From IMG/VR virus record IMGVR_UViG_3300025704_000001: DNA of 61,451 nucleotides; one strand, written 5' to 3'. A program made the position numbers and the translations under genes. This document shows positions 1 through 10,500 of the stretch, piece by piece. The stretch comes from a virus. A model generated the notes under the pieces. The model made no database searches. It was given only the letters and a program-made list of their open reading frames with translations, and was not told where the DNA came from. Each line of letters starts with the position of its first letter. Position 1 is the first letter of the stretch.

Positions 1-127
1 ACGGAGATTTATCTTACCTAAACTTAGACTGGAAACCCGTACCTATTTTATCTAAATTTGTAGATATTGTAGTTAATGGTATATCCGATAGAAGTTTTGA
101 TATCACAGCTTACTCTCAAGACCCTTA
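1..127. repeat. End overlap. Bases 1-127 are identical to 61325-61451, consistent with a circular or permuted genome of unit length 61324 bp.
   Basis: Direct comparison of both ends: acggagatttatcttacc...ctcaagaccctta is identical over 127 nt. Confidence 0.95.
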
Positions 128-2204
128 CGGTATTTCTAAAAGGACCGCTTATATGGAGTCCATAATCAGAGATATGCAAACGCAAGAATTAAACAACTTT
201 GCTCAAGAGCAATTTGGTATTAATCTGTTTGAGAATGCTCCTGATAAATTACCTGACTCTGAAGAGGAGCTAGATATACACATGCAACTTAGCTACAAGC
301 AAGGTATCGAGATAGCGGAAGAAGAAGCTATTAATACAATGCTTGTTACCAATAATTACGATTTAACAAAAAGAAGAATAAACGAAGATTTAACTATACT
401 AGGTATTGGAGCTGTTAAGAACAACTTTACAGAATCTAATGGAGTTACTGTTGAATACGTAGATCCAGCTTATATGGTTTATTCTTATACAGAAGACCCC
501 TACTTTCAAGATATATATTATGTAGGTGAAGTAAAATTTGTGCCTATTAATGAGCTTAAGAAACAATTCCCCGATTTAACACAAAGTCAGTTAGAGCAAA
601 TTCAACAACAAGGAACACAGAATAAGGGTGTATATAACAATAATTTAACCAACGACTATAATAACAACAGAGACTCAAACGTAATACAGCTTTTGTACTT
701 TAATTACAAAACTTATATGAATGAGGTTTACAAGGTTAAAGAAACAGCAACCGGCGCAACTAAGGTAATAGTAAGAGATGATCAGTATGATCCACCTATA
801 GAAGCTTATGAAGCAGAGTACGGTAAGTTATCTAGATCTTTAGAAGTGCTATACGAAGGTGTGATGGTATTAGGTACTAACCTATTATTGCGATGGGAAA
901 TGGCTCCGAATATGATGCGACCTAAAAGTGATTCATCTAAAGTTAAAATGAATTACTCTATTACTGCACCTAGAATGTATCAAGGCAAGATAGAATCTAT
1001 AGTTAGTAGATGTACAGGTTTTGCAGATATGATTCAATTAACTCATTTAAAGCTACAGCAAGTACTTCAGAGAATGATACCTGACGGTGTTTATTTAGAC
1101 GCTGATGGTATTAATGAAGTTGATTTAGGTAACGGAACTAACTACAACCCTCAAGAAGCGCTTAATATGTTCTTCCAAACAGGATCTGTTATTGGTAGAT
1201 CGTTCACCCAAGATGGAGATATGAATCCTGGAAAAGTTCCAATTCAGGAAATACAAACTGGTAGTGGTGGTCAAAAAATGGCAACATTAATTCAGACTTA
1301 CAATTATTATCTACAAATGATAAGAGATGTAACTGGATTAAACGAAGCGAGAGACGGTAGCACACCTGATTCAAGAGCTTTAGTGGGTATTCAAAAAATG
1401 GCGGCAGCAAATTCAAACACAGCTACAAGACATATACTAGATGCCGGATTGTTCTTAACAAAAGAAACAGCGGAGTGCTTATCTCTTAGGATATCTGATA
1501 TATTAGAATACCATCCAGCTAAAGAGGCTTTTATTCAAAAGATAGGTGGATTTAATGTAGCTACTCTAGAAGAGCTAAGTGACTTGCATTTACACGACTT
1601 TGGTATATTTTTAGAGTTAAGACCTGATGATGAACAAAAACAGGTTTTGGAAAACAATGTACAAGTAGCTTTACAAGCAGGTTTAATAGATTTATCCGAT
1701 GCTATCGATATCCGCGAAGTTAAAAATATAAAATTAGCTAATCAATTGCTGAAAGTTAAGCAAAAAAAGCGTCAAGAAAGAATTCAAGCTGAACAGCAAG
1801 CTAACATACAAGCACAAGCACAAGCAAACGCTCAAGCCCAGCAAGTAGCAGCTCAAGCTGAAATACAAAAGGATCAGGCTCTATTCTCTACAAAATCTCA
1901 ACTTGAACAGTTGAAAGGGCAGATCGAACAACAAAGAATACAAGTTGAAGTAGCAGCAAAGAAAGAATTGATGGAGCTGGAATTTCAGTACAACATGAAA
2001 CTTAAAGATGTTGAGGTTGAAGCTATGAAGGCAAAAGAAAATTCCATAGAAGACCGAAAGGACAAGCGTACTAAGATGCAGGGTACGCAACAGAGTGAGA
2101 TGATTGCTCAAAGACAACAAGATTTACCACCAAAAGACTTTGAATCGTCGGGAAATGACGTGATGGGTGGTGGATTTGGCTTAGGTTCCTTCGAACCTAG
2201 GTAA
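1..2204 (+). CDS. Portal protein, main part. The reading frame continues from 61096..61324 across the artificial end, giving about 810 aa in total.
   Basis: The frame is open from base 3 and in frame with the ATG at 61096 through the end overlap. The gene sits directly after the large terminase and before scaffold and capsid. The C-terminus is a Q/A/E-rich coiled coil. Confidence 0.7.
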   Translation, partial: GDLSYLNLDWKPVPILSKFVDIVVNGISDRSFDITAYSQDPYGISKRTAYMESIIRDMQTQELNNFAQEQFGINLFENAPDKLPDSEEELDIHMQLSYKQGIEIAEEEAINTMLVTNNYDLTKRRINEDLTILGIGAVKNNFTESNGVTVEYVDPAYMVYSYTEDPYFQDIYYVGEVKFVPINELKKQFPDLTQSQLEQIQQQGTQNKGVYNNNLTNDYNNNRDSNVIQLLYFNYKTYMNEVYKVKETATGATKVIVRDDQYDPPIEAYEAEYGKLSRSLEVLYEGVMVLGTNLLLRWEMAPNMMRPKSDSSKVKMNYSITAPRMYQGKIESIVSRCTGFADMIQLTHLKLQQVLQRMIPDGVYLDADGINEVDLGNGTNYNPQEALNMFFQTGSVIGRSFTQDGDMNPGKVPIQEIQTGSGGQKMATLIQTYNYYLQMIRDVTGLNEARDGSTPDSRALVGIQKMAAANSNTATRHILDAGLFLTKETAECLSLRISDILEYHPAKEAFIQKIGGFNVATLEELSDLHLHDFGIFLELRPDDEQKQVLENNVQVALQAGLIDLSDAIDIREVKNIKLANQLLKVKQKKRQERIQAEQQANIQAQAQANAQAQQVAAQAEIQKDQALFSTKSQLEQLKGQIEQQRIQVEVAAKKELMELEFQYNMKLKDVEVEAMKAKENSIEDRKDKRTKMQGTQQSEMIAQRQQDLPPKDFESSGNDVMGGGFGLGSFEPR

Positions 2205-2236
2205 TAATAGTAGTAACAATTATATAATATTTTATC

Positions 2237-3478
2237 ATGGCGGAAGCACAAAACACAGAAGGTACGTTTAAAATAAAAAAACCTACCGAAAAACCTACTG
2301 AAGCACCAGCTACAGTGGAGCAAGTAGAGCAAACAGGTCCAGCATCTGTCTCGGAAGACGGAACTCTAAAGCTTGATTTATCAAAACCAATGGAAACAAA
2401 TGCCAATACAGAGCAAGAAACAGCAGACGTGGTTGCAGATCAACAAGCCGAACCTATACAAGAAGTGGAAGCAGAAGTACCACAACAACCGGACCCCGTT
2501 CAAGTTGAAGAATCCGTTCCTGAAGAATTAGAGAATGAATTTTTACAAGAAGTAACAGACGAAGAAATTGCAGAGACAGCAGTAGAACTCGAAGAGCAGG
2601 TTGAGCAAGCTATAGTAGAACAGGCTGCAGGTGTTGAGTTACCGGAGAACATCCAAAAAGTAGTTGATTTTATAAATGACACAGGAGGAAGTTTAGAGGA
2701 CTACGTTAAATTAAATGTAGATTATGGTTCATTAGATGAAGATCAATTATTAAAAGAATATTATCAATCATCAAAACCTCACTTAAACAGCGATGAAGTT
2801 GAATTCTTATTAGATGAGAATTTCGCATATGATGAAGACATAGACGAAGACAGGGATGTAATAAAAAAGAAAATAGCTAGGAAAGAAGAACTCTCAAAAG
2901 CTAAAACATACTTAGACAATTTAAAATCTAAATATTACGAAGAAATAAAAGGAGGTAGTAAATTAGCTCCAGAACAAAAGAAAGCGGTGGATTTTTTCAA
3001 TCGCTATACAAAAGAAAACGAACTAGCAACTCAAACAGCTGAGAAGCAAACAAATGTGTTTTTAGATAAAACAGGTAAATTATTTAATAAGGATTTCAAA
3101 GGTTTTGATTATTCTGTTGGTGATAAAAAATACCGTTTTAAAGTAAAAGATGCGGAAACAGTGAAAAATACTCAAAGTGACATTAACAATTTTGTCAAGA
3201 AGTTCTTGAATGAAGATGGTGAAATGTCAGATGCTTCGGGTTATCACAAAAGTTTGTTTACAGCTATGAATGCTGATTCTGTCGCACAACATTTCTATGA
3301 GCAGGGTAAAGCCGATGCATTGAAAGCAAGCGTATCAAATTCAAAAAACATTAAAATGGGTGCGAGAGGTGTTCACGAAGATGTTAAACCGAACAATGGT
3401 GGGTGGAGCGTAAGAGCAGTTGACAGTGGAGGTGATGGTTCAAAACTAAAGATAAAATCATTTAAACATTTAAAGTAA
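2237..3478 (+). CDS. Scaffolding protein candidate (413 aa, very acidic, E/Q-rich N-terminal half).
   Basis: Lies between the portal and capsid ORFs. Composition is low-complexity, acidic and helical. Confidence 0.55.
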   Translation: MAEAQNTEGTFKIKKPTEKPTEAPATVEQVEQTGPASVSEDGTLKLDLSKPMETNANTEQETADVVADQQAEPIQEVEAEVPQQPDPVQVEESVPEELENEFLQEVTDEEIAETAVELEEQVEQAIVEQAAGVELPENIQKVVDFINDTGGSLEDYVKLNVDYGSLDEDQLLKEYYQSSKPHLNSDEVEFLLDENFAYDEDIDEDRDVIKKKIARKEELSKAKTYLDNLKSKYYEEIKGGSKLAPEQKKAVDFFNRYTKENELATQTAEKQTNVFLDKTGKLFNKDFKGFDYSVGDKKYRFKVKDAETVKNTQSDINNFVKKFLNEDGEMSDASGYHKSLFTAMNADSVAQHFYEQGKADALKASVSNSKNIKMGARGVHEDVKPNNGGWSVRAVDSGGDGSKLKIKSFKHLK

Positions 3479-3484
3479 AAAATT

Positions 3485-4930
3485 ATGGCAGGATTTGCAC
3501 AAGCGCCAGCTACATTAGCTAATTTAGCGCATTTAACACCAAGACCAGTAAAAGGTTTATTCGGAGACAACTATTTGTCTTTACAGGATATGGACTGGGC
3601 ACAACAATTTTTACCAGAAGTATATGAGAAAGAAGTAGAGAGATACGGTAATCGTACTATCGCTGGTTTCTTACGTATGGTTGGAGCAGAGATGCCTATG
3701 GCTTCTGATCAAGTAGTTTGGTCTGAACAAGGGAGATTGCATATCGCTTATGATACTGTAGAATCTAACGCTACAGGTACAGAAATATCTATACCTTCTC
3801 CTGGAGCAGATGGAAAAGTTCCGTTATTAGGTCCTGGAATGACGGTTGTTATTTCAAAAGGTAACGTAACAAATAAAGCTTTTATTGTATCAGCAGGAGC
3901 AGTTGCTGGTGGATTACAGCCTTATACCATTAAAGCATACGATACAGCTACTGGAGCATTAGACGTAGCTCTTCAAGGAGCAACAGCGGCATTGCCTCTT
4001 AACTTATTCGTATTTGGTTCTGAATATGGAAAAGGATCTAGCTTAGCTGGTAATTCAGTTGACGCTTCTTTCACTACTTTCAGTAACAAACCAATCATCT
4101 TAAGAGACAAGTACTCTGTAAATGGTTCAGATGTTGCTCAAATTGGATGGGTTGAAGTTACTACTGAAATCGGAACAGGTGGATACTTATGGTATTTAAA
4201 ATCTGAGCATGAATCTAGAATTCGTTTTGAAGACTATTTAGAAATGAGTATGGTTGAAGCAACTAATGCACAAAGTGCTTTTACAGATGCATCAGGAGCA
4301 GCTATCACAGGTACTCAAGGTTTATTCTCTACTATTGAAGAAAGAGGATTGGTTTACAACGACCCAGACTTTGGATCAGTTACAGCACCTACTGGTATTT
4401 CTCAGTTTGACGAAGTATTACAAGAACTAGACAAGCAAGGAGCTATTGAGGAGAACATGTTATTCTTGGATAGAAGTACATCTTTATCTATTGACAATAT
4501 GTTAGCTGCTCAAAATTCTTATGGAGCTGGTGGTACATCTTACGGTGTATTTGACAACTCTGAAGATATGGCTTTAAACCTTGGATTCTCAGGATTCAGA
4601 CGTGGAGCTTATGACTTCTACAAAACTGACTGGAAATATCTAAATGACTCTACAACTCGTGGATTAATCGACGACGTTAAAGGTGTATTAGTACCAGCTG
4701 GAACTTCTACAGTTTATGACCAACAATTAGGACAGAACATCTCAAGACCTTTCTTACACATCCGTTATAGAGCTTCAGAGGCTGATGACAGACGTTTGAA
4801 ATCTTGGGTTACTGGTTCAGTTGGAGGAAACTATACAAGTGACGAGGACGCAATGAATGTTCACTTCTTATCAGAAAGAACAATGTGTACTCAAGCTGCT
4901 AACAACTTTGTATTATTCAAAGCAACTTAG
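3485..4930 (+). CDS. Major capsid protein candidate (481 aa).
   Basis: Lies after the scaffold ORF and is followed by a strong terminator hairpin. The call is by gene order only. Confidence 0.6.
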   Translation: MAGFAQAPATLANLAHLTPRPVKGLFGDNYLSLQDMDWAQQFLPEVYEKEVERYGNRTIAGFLRMVGAEMPMASDQVVWSEQGRLHIAYDTVESNATGTEISIPSPGADGKVPLLGPGMTVVISKGNVTNKAFIVSAGAVAGGLQPYTIKAYDTATGALDVALQGATAALPLNLFVFGSEYGKGSSLAGNSVDASFTTFSNKPIILRDKYSVNGSDVAQIGWVEVTTEIGTGGYLWYLKSEHESRIRFEDYLEMSMVEATNAQSAFTDASGAAITGTQGLFSTIEERGLVYNDPDFGSVTAPTGISQFDEVLQELDKQGAIEENMLFLDRSTSLSIDNMLAAQNSYGAGGTSYGVFDNSEDMALNLGFSGFRRGAYDFYKTDWKYLNDSTTRGLIDDVKGVLVPAGTSTVYDQQLGQNISRPFLHIRYRASEADDRRLKSWVTGSVGGNYTSDEDAMNVHFLSERTMCTQAANNFVLFKAT

Positions 4931-4951
4931 TAGATTAAATTAATGTAATTC

Positions 4952-4985
4952 TTACCCTCGTTGAAACTACGGGGGTAATTATTAC
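4952..4985 (+). terminator. Rho-independent terminator after the capsid gene.
   Basis: A 10-bp stem ttaccctcgt/acgggggtaa with a 7-nt loop, followed by a T-rich tract. Confidence 0.7.
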
Positions 4986-5014
4986 TCTTATTAACATTTA
5001 TATTATATTATATT

Positions 5015-5800
5015 ATGGCTGTAAAAGCAAAAGCAAAAGTGAGTGAAGCTCCAAAGAAAGATGATTGGATCATCAAAGATAGATTATATGAGTTAACTAG
5101 AGGTAAAAAGCCTTTAGTGTTTACAGTGCCGACAGCGCACAGCTCAAAAAAAGCATTACTGTGGTTTGACGAAGACGCTGGGTATCAAAGAGAATTAAGA
5201 TATGCAACCAATCAAAAAAGTTGTTTCGTAGACGAACAGCAAGGGCAGGTTACGCTAGGTAGAATTGTATTTAGAGACGGTATGCTAAGGGTAAAGAAAG
5301 AGGATGTTGTTTTACAAAAACTACTGTCGATCTATCACCCATACACCGCGGATGGAATTATTGAAGAATACAAGCCTGTACAAATTGCTCAAAATCAATC
5401 AGACTGGATTGAATACGAATTAGCTGCTTTAAATTTAGCAAAGAGTCTTCCTATAGAAGAAGCTGAAGCTATACTAAGAGTTGAAATAGGGGAGAAAGTG
5501 AACTCCTTAACATCCACAGAATTAAAAAGAGACGTACTAGTTTTTGCTAGGAACCAACCTCAGTTGTTTATGGACTTAGCTCAAGACGACAATGTACAAT
5601 TAAGAAGCTTTGGCGCGAAAGCCGTAGAAGCTAATATATTGACTTTATCGCCGGATCAAAGAACATTTACATACGGAGAGAGTGGTAGAAAAGTGATGAC
5701 AGTGCCTTTTGACGAACACCCATACTCTGCATTAGCAGCATTCTTTAAAACCGATGAAGGTATGGAAATATATAAAGCAATAGAAAAGAGACTTAAATAG
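5015..5800 (+). CDS. Hypothetical structural-module protein (261 aa).
   Basis: Long ORF co-oriented with the structural operon. No motif recognised. Confidence 0.65.
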   Translation: MAVKAKAKVSEAPKKDDWIIKDRLYELTRGKKPLVFTVPTAHSSKKALLWFDEDAGYQRELRYATNQKSCFVDEQQGQVTLGRIVFRDGMLRVKKEDVVLQKLLSIYHPYTADGIIEEYKPVQIAQNQSDWIEYELAALNLAKSLPIEEAEAILRVEIGEKVNSLTSTELKRDVLVFARNQPQLFMDLAQDDNVQLRSFGAKAVEANILTLSPDQRTFTYGESGRKVMTVPFDEHPYSALAAFFKTDEGMEIYKAIEKRLK

Positions 5801-5806
5801 TCACCT

Positions 5807-5830
5807 TTATAGTAATAGGCTATCGAGAGG
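5807..5830. promoter_or_regulatory. Class II conserved element, copy d (tttatagtaataggctatcgagagg).
   Basis: Shares the core ATAGTARYAGGCTATYG with copies at 45404-45448 and 46657-46700. It is intergenic, about 35 nt upstream of the ATG at 5864. Confidence 0.45.
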
Positions 5831-5863
5831 TGGCCTATTATTATAATAATTAAAAAATAAATT

Positions 5864-6613
5864 ATGGCTGTAAGCATAGATACTGTATATCAAAGGGTAT
5901 TAGCAATACTTAATAAAGAGCAAAGAGGATATGTTACTCCTCAAGAGTTTAATCTATTTGCTAATCAAGCGCAATTAGATATATTTGAACAATACTTTTA
6001 TGATATTAATCAGTTCGGAAGAATCTCAGGTAATGATACTGAATTCTCAGACATGCTTAACATCCTTAACGAAAAAATAAACATATTTGAAACTACTGCA
6101 GATATGGTGTGGTCTAATAACTATTGGAACCCACCTGCTAATCTGTATAGAATAGGATCTATAGTTTACGAGAATACAATTACTACAAAATCATTGTACC
6201 CAACGCCAAATACAGTGGTTACAACAAAAGTTCCTGTAGAAGCGGAGCGTATAAATTATAATGAATATTTATACATAGCCCAATCAGGAATGACAAAACC
6301 AACAAACTCAAGACCCGTATTCGTAGCTAGCACTTCAGGTTACAAGGTATACGGAGCTGCTGAAGTGACTTCAAATGATGTTAAGTGCAATTACATTAGA
6401 AAACCAGTAGAAGCTGCCTGGGGCTACCAAATGGTCTATGGGGAAGCGCTATACGATTCTACTGTGTCAACTGATTTTGAATTACATCCATCAGAGGAAA
6501 CGGAGCTAGTTACAAAAATATTAGAATTCGCTGGATTATCTGTGCAAGATGTTCAAATGTATCAAGTAGCAGCAGGGATGGGCGCTCAAAATAACCAACA
6601 AGAAAAATCATAA
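5864..6613 (+). CDS. Hypothetical structural protein (249 aa).
   Basis: ORF in the structural operon. No motif recognised. Confidence 0.65.
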   Translation: MAVSIDTVYQRVLAILNKEQRGYVTPQEFNLFANQAQLDIFEQYFYDINQFGRISGNDTEFSDMLNILNEKINIFETTADMVWSNNYWNPPANLYRIGSIVYENTITTKSLYPTPNTVVTTKVPVEAERINYNEYLYIAQSGMTKPTNSRPVFVASTSGYKVYGAAEVTSNDVKCNYIRKPVEAAWGYQMVYGEALYDSTVSTDFELHPSEETELVTKILEFAGLSVQDVQMYQVAAGMGAQNNQQEKS

Positions 6614-6616
6614 TAT

Positions 6617-7534
6617 ATGGGACTTATAGATAAAACACAGGAAGAATACTATTTAGGCCCTGACGGCGTTTGGGATAGTCACGATGAAGATTACGGGAGT
6701 TATCAGTTTGTACCTATTAATGATATCATAAATACCTTTATGGTGGCTTATGTTGGTGAGGATAAGAACATTTCAAAAGTAAAAAGAACAGATGTGCAAT
6801 TTCATGCTATGCGCGCTATTCAAGAGTTTAGCTTTGACATGCTCCCTCAAGATAAATCTATTGAAATAGACGTACCTCCTGGTTTATATTTTGTGCTGCC
6901 ACAAGATTATGTTAACTTCACTAAGTTATCATGGACAGATACTCAAGGTATTGAAAGACCTATATATAGAACAAACATAACTAGTAATCCTAGTGCGCCG
7001 CTTCAGGATACAGATTATGAATACACGTTCGATCAAAATGGTAACATTTTAAAAGCCGAGAAGTCAGAAACTCTAAAGCGATGGAATGAAAGATCTACAA
7101 GTGGAGCTTCTAATGCTAATAGTGCATTTAATATAAACAATCCAGATCTACTAGGACTTTATGCTTACGGTAGAAGATACGGTTTAAATCCGGAATTAGC
7201 TCAAGCAAATGGTACTTTTTATATAGATAACGCAAATGGCGTAGTTAGGTTTAGCTCTGATCTTAGAGGAAAGCTAATAACATTAAAATACATAAGCGAC
7301 GGTCTAGGTTCAGATGAAGACATGGTTGTCCACAAGTTTGCCGTAGACGCTATATACAAGTACATACTTTACGCTATACTTTCTACTAGAGCAAATACGC
7401 AAGAGTATTTAGTAGCTAGGCATAAAAGAGAATTAGCAGCAGCAAGAAGAAACGCTAAAATTAGATTGTCTCAATTAAAATCTGAATTGATTGCGCAAGT
7501 AATGAGAAACCAATCCAAGTGGATTAAACACTAA
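6617..7534 (+). CDS. Hypothetical structural/tail protein (305 aa).
   Basis: ORF 3 nt after the previous stop and directly upstream of the 1673-aa ORF. Confidence 0.65.
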   Translation: MGLIDKTQEEYYLGPDGVWDSHDEDYGSYQFVPINDIINTFMVAYVGEDKNISKVKRTDVQFHAMRAIQEFSFDMLPQDKSIEIDVPPGLYFVLPQDYVNFTKLSWTDTQGIERPIYRTNITSNPSAPLQDTDYEYTFDQNGNILKAEKSETLKRWNERSTSGASNANSAFNINNPDLLGLYAYGRRYGLNPELAQANGTFYIDNANGVVRFSSDLRGKLITLKYISDGLGSDEDMVVHKFAVDAIYKYILYAILSTRANTQEYLVARHKRELAAARRNAKIRLSQLKSELIAQVMRNQSKWIKH

Positions 7535-7539
7535 TATAT

Positions 7540-10500
7540 ATGCCGGAATTAACACATACATTTACTAGAGGTAAAATGAATAAAGATCTCGATGAGAGAT
7601 TAGTTCCTAATGGTGAATATAGAGACGCTCTTAACTTAGAACTTGCTTCTTCTGAAACATCTCAAGTTGGAGCATTCCAAAACATAAAGGGTAATTTAGA
7701 ATTGCTTAACAAATCGGTTAACGCAGTAACTGGAGCATTTACTACGTGGCCTGCTGGTGACTATATATCTATACTAAACAATCCAGTGTGTATTGGAGTA
7801 AAAGCAGATGAGAATTCTGATGAGATATATTGGTTTATTGCCTCAGACCCTGACCCTGTAACAGGGGTAAAGATTAGTGTGATAGCATCCTATAATACCA
7901 CTACAAAGCTTACTTTACCTTTAGTGGTTGATACTCAAAGCGTTTTAAACTTTAGTAAAGATTATCTTATTACAGGTATAAATGTCCTTGAAGGTATATT
8001 AATGTGGACAGACAATCAAACAGAGCCTAAGAAGATAACTATAAAAGACTGGGTCAACTCTACTGCAAATTTTATAACACATTCACAAATATATAATAGA
8101 GACTTTATAGAGTCCGATTTAACTGTTATAAAAAGATACCCACTCAATCCACCTACCATTGAAGCTAGCTCTACTAAACGTAGTGGTCCTGTAGATACGG
8201 TAACAACATACGCTTTTACAGAAACGCCAGCTGGAGCACCTGTTGGCACAGTAGTACCTATGACTCCCGAGAGCGGACCTCAAGCTTTAACTTGGGCATC
8301 AAATAGCCTTCCAACATACGAACAAGGTGATATACTTATACTTACTAATGCGGAGAACGATCCATTAGATCCGGATGCTATTATTAGAGTAGAAGTTCAA
8401 TCTGTAAGCACACCTCAAACTGGAGCGGTGGTAACAGTCCTTTCTGTAGGAGAAGGAGTTGAAAGCCAAACTTTAGATCCAACAACATTTGACGTAACCT
8501 TAGAGCAAGAAACTCCATTTTTTGAAATGCGATTTGCAAGATTCGGTTATAGGTATAAATATGCAAATAACGAATTATCTGCATTCTCTCCTTTTTCCAA
8601 CCCTGCTTTTATACCCGGCGAATTTAATTATTCTCCACAGCAAGGTTACAATCTAGGTATGGTTAACAATATAAGGCAGCTCAATATATCTGAGTGGAGG
8701 CCAGATGCAGCTATATACCCAGATGTTAAAGCGGTTGATATCTTGTACAAAGCTACTAACAACTCCAATGTATACGTTGTAGATACGTTTACCAACGAAG
8801 ATCCGGAATGGATTGCAAACACTTTTGAAATAGAAAGCGAAATAATAACATCTGTAGTTAACGCTAACCAATTGCTAAGACCTTATGATAACGTTCCAAG
8901 AAAAGCGTTAGCTCAAGAGGTTACAGCTAATAGGTTAATATACGGTAATTACACTCAGAATTTTAATTTACTGAATGAAGACGGCACTCCTTTTTCAACT
9001 TATATTTCAGTAGGTGAAATTTCCAGAACAGTGTCCGCGGAGTTAACACCTGAAGGAGCTCCTAAAGGAGTTAGTATCGATGGGGAGGAAGTTGCTGAAT
9101 CAGCTAAGTCAATAAGAACATATCAAATAGGGGTTGCTTATATGGATAAATACGGTAGAACAACTCCAGTATTTACAAGCAATAAGGCTTCTGTGTATAT
9201 ACCTAAAACTAACGCTGCTTTTTCTACAAAACTAACGGCGCAATTAGGATCTAGCCCTGGTGGGAATTCTTCATTAATTCCTTACTATGATCAAACAAAC
9301 CAGTTTCCATATTTTAAATATTATGTAAAAGAAACATCTCAGCAGTATTACAACTTAGCATTGGATAGATTCTATGATGCTGAAGATGGGAATCTTTGGT
9401 TATCGTTTCCTTCTGCTGAAAGAAATAAAGTTGACGAGGATACATTTATCATACTTAAAAAAGGACATGATAATGCCGAGCCTGTTACTGAAGATGCTAG
9501 ATATAAGATTATAGCAATAGAAAACGAAGCTCCTCAGTACCTAAAAGAAACAAAGCTTTCTATGGGTAGCATGGATACTGAATTTGACATTGTAGCTTTC
9601 CCTATACCTGGAACTAATGAAGTACAGGTGGATAAAGATGATTTTGATAAACAATTTGGAGCGGAAGCTAGAACAATATCAGGTCTTTTAATGAGAGTTT
9701 TAAGTGGAGCAACATTTAGTTCTTATTATAAAATATCGACTTTTGGGCTTGACGCTACAGGAAACAAAGTAAGAATTACAGTGTCTACCTCTTTTGGAGA
9801 GGATATGGCTTTTACTTCTATACAAGAACCATATGGATTTGCAAATAGAATAGGTGACTTAAAGCTAGAATTAACCAAGGTAGAAATACAGAACAAACCC
9901 GAATTTACTGGTAGATTTTTTGTAAAAGTTTTTCAAGATGACTTATTAGAAGCAAAAATAGCAAGTGCTAGTAATGTTAATAATAACAACTATGTTAGGA
10001 AAGCGTTGGGTTACATGTATCACCTCAAAGGTACTTACACTAGCGGCGGTTTTTGGGGTGAATCCAATATAGGAGGCAACAACTGGACAAGAGCTGATGC
10101 TCAAAATAATAACGAAAGGTTATTTGTAGATGAGATAAGAACAGATGGACTCAGTACTACTGGTACTGGTCTTACTGAAAATAATGTAATGCAGATAAGC
10201 TGGGCTGGAGGATATGGACAATGGAGGCAAAGAGGCCTTTCGCTGTCTAACCCGGCTTTGTTAGAGCAGCTAAACAGCAAGCGAGCGTTATTTAGATTTG
10301 TAGATGCTGGTAACGGCAAAGCGGATCCTAATGGACAAGTATATCAAATGACTAATTCCATAGAGAGAAGAAGTTATAACTATGCTTCCAGGCCTTGGAT
10401 AAACGACGGAACGTATGACAATCCTACAAATCAAATAACTAGATGGACTATAAATTTTAGAAAAGCAGATTCTACATGGGAAGGGCTTGGATGGAATCCT

